NCBI GenBank assembly: GCA_963770895.1 | Contig: CAVYRF010000002.1 | Coordinates: 5,344,001 to 5,408,000, forward strand | Length of the DNA stretch: 64,000 bases | Reading direction: 5' to 3' | Source of the DNA: an uncultured Acidobacteriota bacterium | Lineage (GTDB): Bacteria > Acidobacteriota > Thermoanaerobaculia > Multivoradales > UBA5704 | Shown here: positions 30,493 through 38,464 of the stretch, one piece after another | Layout of the letters: every line of letters begins with the position of its first letter | How positions within the stretch are numbered: position 1 is the stretch's first letter | Program-made: the position numbers and the translations under genes | Notes under the pieces: model-generated | What the model was told of the DNA's origin: nothing | Seen by the model: only the letters and a program-made list of their open reading frames with translations | Databases searched by the model: none

Positions 30493-31176
30493 ATGTTCAA
30501 GGCAAAACCCGAGGTCGAAGGCCACTGGCACTCCCTGATCGAGGGCTTTGCCACTTCATCACTGGACTTCTATGAGCTGGCGAAAGCTGGCATCGCTAGG
30601 CGCGAGATCCCGGACCTCAAGATCTCACAGGTGGAGTGGAAGGAAAGCGGTGTGGGCTCCGGCAAGCGCGTCTATCTGCGCGTCAGCCGCGAGGGTCTGA
30701 ACTTCGACATCTGCGCCGCCCCCTTCGGCACCGGGTACTTCTTCTCCTGGTGGCTCGCAAAGATCAAGCGCGTCTTCCTGGATTTCCTCTTTATCATCGT
30801 CATGCTGGCTGGGGCCTTCTTCATGTTTCGGGCGTTCACGAGCGACAATCCTGGGAGCGAGGGAGGCCATGGTTGCATAGCGGTCGTGGGTGGCCCCCTG
30901 CTCCTCCTCGGCCTCCTCATGGGCCTCGGATTCCTTGTCCGCTATGGCGAGACCGGAAGTGAGCCCACCGTGCTCTCGATGCCGATCACGGGCTTCTTCT
31001 ACGGCTTCATCTTCCGCCCGCAGACATATTTCAACGACGACACCGCCCTCATGTTCCGGGAGTCCATCCATCACGCGGTCACGGAGGCCATCGACCAAGT
31101 GACTTCCGCCCAAGGCGTGCGCGGGCTCTCGGAAGAGGCGCGTAAGATAACCTTCCAGCCGGGCGGCAAGAGGTGA
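30493..31176 (+). CDS. 2-TM membrane protein associated with the coupling ATPase
   Basis: FDICAAPFGTGYFFSWW, two TMs, TYF..DTALMF. Confidence 0.75.
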   Translation: MFKAKPEVEGHWHSLIEGFATSSLDFYELAKAGIARREIPDLKISQVEWKESGVGSGKRVYLRVSREGLNFDICAAPFGTGYFFSWWLAKIKRVFLDFLFIIVMLAGAFFMFRAFTSDNPGSEGGHGCIAVVGGPLLLLGLLMGLGFLVRYGETGSEPTVLSMPITGFFYGFIFRPQTYFNDDTALMFRESIHHAVTEAIDQVTSAQGVRGLSEEARKITFQPGGKR

Positions 31177-31196
31177 TCGCCGCCGCGAAATAGCGG

Positions 31197-34190
31197 ATGA
31201 CCCGCCCCACCCTGCCAGAGCACCTGACCGAGCAGTTCTACGCCTGGGAACTGCGCGGTCGGGGCTGGCAGGAGTTTTCCTCTGCGGTCGCACTCGAACC
31301 GCCCTACGTTCCTTTCCCCGGATACTTCCTCCCGCCGATCAAGGACGACGGCCACCGGCCGGGTCTCCTTGGCCGCCTCCTCGCGCCGGCCCTGCCGGCA
31401 GAAGAACCGCTGGAGCTTGAGGAGCCCGAACCGGAAGCGTTCGAGAGCGAGGAGTCGCTTGTCGAGTGCGTGGTCTCGCTGCCGCGGGACGAAGCGGTCA
31501 AAGCGGAGAGCGCCGAGCGCTTCCTCCTATCGCTCTCCGGCGCCGAGCTGCCGCTTGCCTTCGAGGTGGTGGGCCTGCACGATCAGCTCCGCGTGCAGCT
31601 CGTCTCCCGAGCGCCGGATGCGGGACTCCTCGCAAACCAACTCCGGGCCTTCTTCCCCGAGGTCTCGATCGCGGCTGAGCCGGAGGGGCTGCGACAGGTA
31701 TGGAAGAAGAACGAGAGCGAGACCATCCTTGTCCACTTCGGCCTGGCGCGCGAGTTCATGCTGCCCCTCTCTTCTTTCCGGTCCCTCGACCCCGATCCGC
31801 TCCTGCCGCTTTTCGGGGCGCTCGCCGAGCTTGAAGCCGGCGAAGCCGGCCTCGTGCAAGTCCTCTTTGAGCGAGTCCGCGAGCGGTGGGCCGAAAGCGT
31901 CATGCGCGCCGTCGTGACCGGGGGCGGCGAACCCTTCTTCGCCGACTATCCAGAACTCACGAAGGCTGCGCGGGAGAAAGTCTCCCGGCCCCTGTACGCC
32001 GTCTGCCTGCGGATAGCAGCGAAGAGCAGCGATGCGACCGGCGCTTGGCGGATCGTGCGCGATCTTGCCGGAGCACTGACCCATTTCGGCGCTCCTGGCG
32101 GCAACGAGCTTCTCCCGCTAGCCTCCGAGGAGGGTGCCGACGCAACCGAGCAAATCTTCGAGAGGGTGAGCCGCCGGCCGGGCATGATCGTAGGAAGCGA
32201 TGAGCTGGCGGCCCTCGCGCACCTCCCGAGCGCCTCAGTGCGGGTGCCGAAATTCCTCCGGGAGATACGGCGCTCGAAAGCGGCGCCCGCTCTCTCCCAA
32301 GGCGCGGGGATTCTTCTTGGCGAGAACCTTCATCACGGCAAGACCCTTGCCGTGCGGCTGCCCAATGATCTCCGTCTCCGGCATCTCCATGTGATCGGCG
32401 CCTCGGGCTCCGGCAAGTCCACTCTTCTCATCGATCTCATCATGCAGGACATCGAAGAGGGCCGGGGCGTCGGCGTCCTCGACCCTCACGGCGATCTCGT
32501 GGATGAGATCGCAGGCCGCATCCAGAAGGCGCGACTTCAGGACGCCATCCTCTTCGACCCGGCGGACACTGCCTACCCGGTTGCCTGGAACATCCTCGAA
32601 GCCCACAGCGAGCTGGAGCGCACGCTCCTTGCCTCGGACCTCGTTGGTATCTTCCGCCGCTTCTCGACTTCCTGGGGCGATCAGATGACCTCGGTCTTGG
32701 GGAACGCGGTCTTGGTGCTCCTGGAGAATCCCGGCTCGACCCTGCTTGACCTGCGCGAGTTCCTCGTGGATCGGCAGACCCGCGAGCGCTTGCTTGCCGC
32801 GGTCGATGATCCATACCTCCTCTCGTACTTCCGACACGAGTTCGCTCTCGCGGCCGGGAAGAGCGTGGGCGCGATCCTCACCCGCCTTGATGGCTTCCTG
32901 CGCTCAAAGACCGTGCGGCAGATTGTTGGCGCGAGGGAGAGCCGGCTCGACTTGCGCTCGGTCGTGGACCGCGGACAGATATTCCTGGCCCGGCTCTCCG
33001 AGGGCGCGATCGGCGAAGAGAACGCTGGGCTCTTGGGCTCCCTCCTCGTCTCCAAGTTCCACCAGATCACGATGAGCCGGCAGGAGGTGAAGCGGGAGGA
33101 ACGCCGTCCCTTCTTCCTCTACGCCGACGAATGCCAGGAGTTCGCAACGCCCTCCATGGCGCTCCTCCTTTCGGGAGCGAGGAAGTACGGCCTGGGGCTC
33201 GTCCTCGCCCACCAAGACCTGCGCCAGCTCGAAGCGAAGGCCCCGGAGGTTGCCTCCGCTCTCCTCGGAAACGCCGGAACGCGCATCGCCTTCCGCGTCG
33301 GCGACCGGGATGCGAAGGCGCTCTCTGAGGGCCTATCCTTCTTCGGACCCGGTGACCTCATGAGTCTCAAGGTAGGGGAAGCCATCGCCCGGATCGACAA
33401 CTCCCAAGGGGACTGCAACCTCAAGACGCAGCTCTTGCCGGCGGTCGCGGCAGAGACCGCCACGGAGCGGCACGACGCGATCACCGCTCACTCGCGGGAG
33501 CACTACGCCGTGCGGAGAGAGGAGCGGCAGAGAGCGGCAGAGCCGGCGCCAGAGGTGGCACGGCCGGCACCTCCGCTGGCGGAAAGGACGTCACCGCCGA
33601 CCCCGGCCCCACCAGCACCTGCCCCGCCGCAACCGGCACCGGCTCGCGAGCGGCGCCCATCGCCGGTAGAGCCCGCACCACTCGGCCGCGGTGGGCCGGA
33701 GCATCAGTATCTCCAAGAACTCGTGAAGCGATGGGCGGAGGCCAAGCGTTACCGCGCGACGGTCGAGGAGCCCTTGCCCTCGGGCGGCCGGGTGGACGTG
33801 GCCCTGCGGCGCGAGGGGCACGCGGTCGCTTGCGAGATATCGGTCACCACGACCGCCGAGCACGAGGTCGGCAACGTCCTGAAGTGCCTTGGGGCGGGCT
33901 TCGATGATGTGGTCCTCCTCTCGCTGCATCGCGGCACGCTCGGCAAGGTGCGGCAGGCGGTAGAAGCCAGGGTCGAGGGGAAGGACCGGGGGCATCTCCA
34001 CTTCATGAGCCCGGAGGAGTTCTTCACGTTCCTTGACGCTCCGGCGCCGGCCGCCACCGAGACAACGGTAGGCGGGTACAAGGTGAAGGTGAAGTACCGG
34101 GCGGCCGAGGGTGAGGCAGCTTCGAGGAAGAGCAAGGCGGTTTCGGAGATACTCCTCAAGAGCGTGAAGCGGATGAAAAAGGAGGAATAG
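31197..34190 (+). CDS. VirD4/TraD-like coupling ATPase with C-terminal PD-(D/E)xK-like domain
   Basis: HLHVIGASGSGKST, DPHGDL, YADECQ, ARKYGL, AHQ; Pro-rich linker; GRVDVAL..ACEISVTT. Confidence 0.88.
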   Translation: MTRPTLPEHLTEQFYAWELRGRGWQEFSSAVALEPPYVPFPGYFLPPIKDDGHRPGLLGRLLAPALPAEEPLELEEPEPEAFESEESLVECVVSLPRDEAVKAESAERFLLSLSGAELPLAFEVVGLHDQLRVQLVSRAPDAGLLANQLRAFFPEVSIAAEPEGLRQVWKKNESETILVHFGLAREFMLPLSSFRSLDPDPLLPLFGALAELEAGEAGLVQVLFERVRERWAESVMRAVVTGGGEPFFADYPELTKAAREKVSRPLYAVCLRIAAKSSDATGAWRIVRDLAGALTHFGAPGGNELLPLASEEGADATEQIFERVSRRPGMIVGSDELAALAHLPSASVRVPKFLREIRRSKAAPALSQGAGILLGENLHHGKTLAVRLPNDLRLRHLHVIGASGSGKSTLLIDLIMQDIEEGRGVGVLDPHGDLVDEIAGRIQKARLQDAILFDPADTAYPVAWNILEAHSELERTLLASDLVGIFRRFSTSWGDQMTSVLGNAVLVLLENPGSTLLDLREFLVDRQTRERLLAAVDDPYLLSYFRHEFALAAGKSVGAILTRLDGFLRSKTVRQIVGARESRLDLRSVVDRGQIFLARLSEGAIGEENAGLLGSLLVSKFHQITMSRQEVKREERRPFFLYADECQEFATPSMALLLSGARKYGLGLVLAHQDLRQLEAKAPEVASALLGNAGTRIAFRVGDRDAKALSEGLSFFGPGDLMSLKVGEAIARIDNSQGDCNLKTQLLPAVAAETATERHDAITAHSREHYAVRREERQRAAEPAPEVARPAPPLAERTSPPTPAPPAPAPPQPAPARERRPSPVEPAPLGRGGPEHQYLQELVKRWAEAKRYRATVEEPLPSGGRVDVALRREGHAVACEISVTTTAEHEVGNVLKCLGAGFDDVVLLSLHRGTLGKVRQAVEARVEGKDRGHLHFMSPEEFFTFLDAPAPAATETTVGGYKVKVKYRAAEGEAASRKSKAVSEILLKSVKRMKKEE

Positions 34191-34290
34191 AGAGGGTCGG
34201 AGCCCGCGACCCGAGCCGAGGAAATATCCCAAGATGTGATATTTTTGGCTGGTTGAGGAAGACGATAAATCCGCAGGAAAGCGAGTGGTT

Positions 34291-35850
34291 ATGACCAAGG
34301 CAAAGCAAGCCGACGAACCGGCCTCTAAGCGCGTCGCGATCTGGATAAGGGTCTCGACCGAGGACCAGGCAAGGGGCGAGAGTCCCGAGCACCACGAGCA
34401 CCGCGCCCGCGGCTACGCCGAGATCAAGGGCTGGCAGGTCGTGACCTTGTATAACCTCGCCGGCGTCTCGGGCAAAGCCGTCATGGCCCACCCCGAAGCC
34501 CGCCGCATGATGGAGGACGTGAAGGCCGGCCGCATCTCGGGCCTCATCTTCTCCAAGCTCGCGCGCCTGGCCCGCAACACCAAGGAACTCCTCGACTTCG
34601 CCGAGTTCTTCAAGACCGAGGGCGCCGACCTCATCTCCCTTCAGGAATCTATCGACACCTCGACCCCCTCCGGCCGCTTCTTCTACACCATGATCGCCGG
34701 CATGGCCGCCTGGGAGCGAGAGGAGATCGCCGAGCGCGTCTCGGCCTCGGTCCCGATCCGGGCGAAGCTCGGCAAACCCTTGGGCGGTGCGGCTCCCTTC
34801 GGCTACCGCTGGCACGAGAAGCGGCTCGTACCCGACCCCGAGGAAGCGCCCGTCCGCCGCCTCATCTATGAGCTGTACATTGAGCACGGCCGGTTCCTCA
34901 CGGTCGCGCGACTCCTGAACGAGCGGGGATACCGCACGCGAAACGGCGGCAAGTTCTCGCACACGACCGTCGAGCGCCTGGTCCGTGACCCCACTGCCAA
35001 AGGCACCCGCCGCGCGAACTACACAAAGTCTCTCGGCGACGGCAAGAAGTGGGTCCTGAAGCCCGAGCACGAGTGGGTGGTCTCCGAGGTGGAGGCCATC
35101 GTTCCCGAGGAAATCTGGAGCGCGGCGAACGCCCTACTCACGGAGAAGCGAGCGGGAAAGCCCCGCATCGCCCGCCGGCCGGTGCAGCTCTTCTCCGGCC
35201 TCACCTTCTGCCACTGCGGGACCCGGATGTATGTCGGCAACACCCCGAAGTATTTCTGTAAGTCTTGCCGGAACAAGGTGCCGCAGGCGGACCTTGAGCG
35301 CGTCTTCCGGGAGCAACTGCGCCAGTTCGCGCTCTCCCCGGAGGAGGTTGCTTCCGCTCTCCATGAGGCCGATCGGGAGGTGGAGGCCAAGGCAGACCTC
35401 CTCCAGGCACTGGTGCGCGAGGATGCCCGCCTCGCGGACGAGGCCGAGAAGGTCTACCGCCTCTACCTCGCGGGCGAACTCGACCCCAAGGGCTTCGGGG
35501 CGCGCAACCGCCCGCTGGCGGCGCGGCGCGAGGAACTCGAAGCCGAGATCCCCCGGCTCCAAGGTGAGATCGACTTCCTCAAAATCCAGCATCTCTCCCA
35601 GGAAGAGGTCGTCACCGGAGCCCACGACCTCTACGAGCGCTGGGACGACCTATCCCAGGAAGACCGCCGCGGCGTCATCCAGGCCATCGTGGAGCGGGTG
35701 AGCGTTGGCAAAGACGAGATCGAGATCACCCTTGCCTGCCTTCCGAGGACCGCGGAACACCCGCCGCCCCCGCCTCCTCTGAAGATTGCGAACACTTATG
35801 CATACAACCCTGGGGATTCGTGCACCTTCTTGATCCGGTTCCGAGCCTGA
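34291..35850 (+). CDS. large serine recombinase with an att site in its 3' end
   Basis: WIRVSTEDQ, SKLARLARN, APFGY, CHCG..YFCKSC. Confidence 0.95.
   Translation: MTKAKQADEPASKRVAIWIRVSTEDQARGESPEHHEHRARGYAEIKGWQVVTLYNLAGVSGKAVMAHPEARRMMEDVKAGRISGLIFSKLARLARNTKELLDFAEFFKTEGADLISLQESIDTSTPSGRFFYTMIAGMAAWEREEIAERVSASVPIRAKLGKPLGGAAPFGYRWHEKRLVPDPEEAPVRRLIYELYIEHGRFLTVARLLNERGYRTRNGGKFSHTTVERLVRDPTAKGTRRANYTKSLGDGKKWVLKPEHEWVVSEVEAIVPEEIWSAANALLTEKRAGKPRIARRPVQLFSGLTFCHCGTRMYVGNTPKYFCKSCRNKVPQADLERVFREQLRQFALSPEEVASALHEADREVEAKADLLQALVREDARLADEAEKVYRLYLAGELDPKGFGARNRPLAARREELEAEIPRLQGEIDFLKIQHLSQEEVVTGAHDLYERWDDLSQEDRRGVIQAIVERVSVGKDEIEITLACLPRTAEHPPPPPPLKIANTYAYNPGDSCTFLIRFRA
35789..35837 (+). 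mobile_element. serine recombinase att-like site (core TG at 35811-35812)
   Basis: CGAACACTTATGCA TACAACCC TG GGGATTCG TGCACCTTCTTGATCCG; partner at 13818-13867. Confidence 0.8.
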
Positions 35851-35990
35851 ATTCCTACCAAGTGGCTGGGGCCTCTCCCGCTGGGACCGGCCACTCGCTG
35901 GCCCACCATCACAGCACCGCTGGTCTGGCGGGCTCGTCTCGCCCAGGCTACAGCGTCCGGCGCGAGTTGGCACCGCCCTCCCTCGCTCTA

Positions 35991-36100
35991 GACAGATGGG
36001 AAATTCGCGTCGGCGAGTGCATACACGCGCGCATTGACGACGGGCTGCATCACGCAACCTTTATGATCTTGCTGCTTTCGCGCTACGCGGTGACTTACGA
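35991..36100 (+). pseudogene. TIR-domain N-terminal remnant
   Basis: DRWEIRVGECIHARIDDGL..FMILLLSRYAV. Confidence 0.55.
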
Positions 36101-36226
36101 CACGTGGACGGGATATTCGGGCCTCTGACGTATCTGACCATGGCGGAGGCCGCAAAGAACATGGAGTGACGATTGAGCGCGCGCTCGGGTATCGCCTCAT
36201 GCTGAGGTGGACATGCCCGCGTCCGA

Positions 36227-36568
36227 TCATGGCAGCTCCTTTTCGATGCGCTCCAGCAAGCTCAGCACCTGAACGACATCCGTGCTCACGATCTTCCAGA
36301 GCGTGGCGTTGTCGAGCGTGAAGTAAGCATGCGCCAGTACGTCCCGTAGACCCGCGATCCCTCGCCAGTCAACTTCGGGATGGCGCTGCCGAATGTCCTC
36401 TGGCATTGCTTTCGCCGCCTCGCCGAGGATCTCCAAGTTGCGCAACGTGGCGTCGTATACCATTTCATCGGCAACGAAGTCCTCGACCTTTCGGCTGCCG
36501 GTATAGCGGATGATCTTCCGGGCTGCCTCCAGCATGTCCCGCAAGAAGAGCTCCCAGCTACGCGACAC
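36227..36568 (-). CDS. HepT/DUF86 HEPN ribonuclease toxin
   Basis: RNLEILGEAAK, W..IAGLRDVLAHAY (Rx4HxY). Confidence 0.92.
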   Translation of the reverse strand: MSRSWELFLRDMLEAARKIIRYTGSRKVEDFVADEMVYDATLRNLEILGEAAKAMPEDIRQRHPEVDWRGIAGLRDVLAHAYFTLDNATLWKIVSTDVVQVLSLLERIEKELP

Positions 36569-36851
36569 GAATCGCCTCAGCCTCCACCCAAGGCCGCGCC
36601 CAGGACTTCAGCGCCTTCTCCATGACGAGATCCACGCGGCGCCCCAGGCGATCTTCGATCCAGAACTTGAGACTCATGTACTCAGACAAACCCGGAGTCT
36701 CACGGAACCCAACCAGGATATCCACGTCGCTGTCCGGTCCCGCTTCGTCTCGCGCCACAGAGCCAAATAATGCGAGCGAGCAGACGCCGAATCGCTCCAT
36801 CAGCTCCTGCCGGTGGGAGGAGAGAAATCTGAGCACCTCATCTCGTCTCAT
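36558..36851 (-). CDS. MntA-like minimal nucleotidyltransferase antitoxin
   Basis: LFGSVARDEAGPDSDVDILV, RVDLV. Confidence 0.92.
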   Translation of the reverse strand: MRRDEVLRFLSSHRQELMERFGVCSLALFGSVARDEAGPDSDVDILVGFRETPGLSEYMSLKFWIEDRLGRRVDLVMEKALKSWARPWVEAEAIRVA

Positions 36852-37035
36852 GGCCTGGTTCCTCCGGGAGATTGTGGGCCCGAGCCGTCGCCAGCACCTA
36901 GACATCCTACCAGTGCTGACGGGCCGGCACCCCTGCCCCCAGCAACTGCCGCTGGGCGCATCGGTAGGGAGGCTGATCCGCCGCAAGGCGCTATTTCGGG
37001 AGTGCTCGCCCAAAGGGGTCCGAGGTACCAGGGGA

Positions 37036-37106
37036 TAGCCCGACAGGGGGAAAGGCGTCCTCAAAATGAGACGGCAAAAGGGCAACGAACCCCTGACCCT
37101 GCGTTG
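37036..37106. mobile_element. att-like right boundary of the island (CAACG-N6-TG-N6-CGTTG)
   Basis: Symmetric site at 37083-37106; repeat of 4594-4665; GC and codon style change to core-like immediately to the right. Confidence 0.7.
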
Positions 37107-37148
37107 ACGCGCGCCTGCCGCCCGGCCCGTGGCGGCCGGCGCTGGGGG

Positions 37149-38288
37149 TCAGGCGCCGGGGGCGATGCGTTCCATCAGCTCGAGCTGCACCAGGCGCATG
37201 AAGTCCTGGGCGTTGGTGATGACGCCGAACGCCTGGTGGGTGCCGCGATCCTTCAGCTTGTGGACGACGAACTCGGTCTGGTCAACGCAGATGGTGGTGA
37301 TCTCGGTGATCTGGCCGTCGGGGCGCACGCAGAAGGTGGGCAGCATGTTGCCGGTGGCGATGGCGTGCAGCGCCGTCGCCACCATCACCACCATGGTGGC
37401 GCGCGTGGTCAGCTCGCGCATCGCGGTCTGCGCTTCGGTGATCGACACGATGACCTCGGGCAGCGGCCCGTCGTCGCGGATCGAGCCGCCCAGGACGTAC
37501 GGCGTGCCGGTCTTGGTCAGGGCGTGCATGATGCCGCTTTGCAGCCTGCCGGAGTCGACCAGCGCCTGGATCGAGCCCGCCTTCTTGACCTCGTTGATGG
37601 TGCGCATGTGGGTGGTGTGGCCGCCCGCGGTGCCCGACCCGTCGGCCATCATGCCGAGGGTGGTGCCGAACAGGGCGGCTTCGATGTCGTGGACGCCGAC
37701 GGCGTTGCCGCTGATCACGGCGTGGCAGAAGCCGTTGTGGATCATCCATTCCATGGCCAGACGGCCGCGGGCGTGCACCAGGGCGGGCCCGATCACCCAG
37801 AGGATGAAGCCGCCGTCGCCGCGGTGGTGCAGGAACTCGCGATAGATGGCGTCGTAGTTGACCGGCTTTTCGCGGCTCACCTCGGAATCCATGAAGGCGA
37901 AGGCTTCGGGCAGGCGGGTGTCGTCGACCTCCCCGGCGAAGCCGCGGTCCCACACCAGCACGCCCTCGCTGCCGTCTTCGGCGACGGCGGTGGCGACCAG
38001 GTCGCCCTGGCGGACGACGCGGAACTCCTTGGCCTCCAGCCGCTGGGTGGCGGGGTCCCAGACCAGGTGGGAATCCATGCGGTGCCGCACCGGCATGCGC
38101 CAGGCGCCGCCCACCTTCACGTAGGTGGGGTGGTTGGTGGTGGACATGAAACCGTCCGGCAGCACGGTATCCGCCGGCGCCGGCGCGAAGCTGCACTCCG
38201 GCGCCGCCACCAGGTGCGGTTCGGTGAAATTGGGGGCACGATACATAGGGTCTCCCAGGCCCGCGGGCCGCGTGTTGACGTTGATCAT
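37149..38288 (-). CDS. TIGR00300 family protein (LOR/SDH-like, ornithine cyclodeaminase-related)
   Basis: STTNHPT, RMD, FAFMDSEVSREKP, GNAVGVHDIE, GSIRDDGPLP, LHAIATGN; start may be 38246. Confidence 0.85.
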   Translation of the reverse strand: MINVNTRPAGLGDPMYRAPNFTEPHLVAAPECSFAPAPADTVLPDGFMSTTNHPTYVKVGGAWRMPVRHRMDSHLVWDPATQRLEAKEFRVVRQGDLVATAVAEDGSEGVLVWDRGFAGEVDDTRLPEAFAFMDSEVSREKPVNYDAIYREFLHHRGDGGFILWVIGPALVHARGRLAMEWMIHNGFCHAVISGNAVGVHDIEAALFGTTLGMMADGSGTAGGHTTHMRTINEVKKAGSIQALVDSGRLQSGIMHALTKTGTPYVLGGSIRDDGPLPEVIVSITEAQTAMRELTTRATMVVMVATALHAIATGNMLPTFCVRPDGQITEITTICVDQTEFVVHKLKDRGTHQAFGVITNAQDFMRLVQLELMERIAPGA

Positions 38289-38464
38289 GATGGGGGGGTA
38301 TGCCGCCGGCGGGCGGTTGCAGATCCCGCAGGCATCCTAGTGCCCTGCGCGGCTCCTTTGCAAGGCATGCGCGTGCTTCCGGCCCCTGGCGGCGTTGCTC
38401 AAGCGGGCGCGGCGCCGGCCAGCCGTCGCCTTTCCAGCAAGGGTCCTGGCATACTCATACCCCC

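Noticed and set aside
14332-35850. Prophage
   Set aside because: No capsid, terminase, portal or tail genes are recognisable.
1-37100. Classical integron with attC sites
   Set aside because: No tyrosine integrase, and no convincing RYYYAAC...GTTRRRY sites seen.
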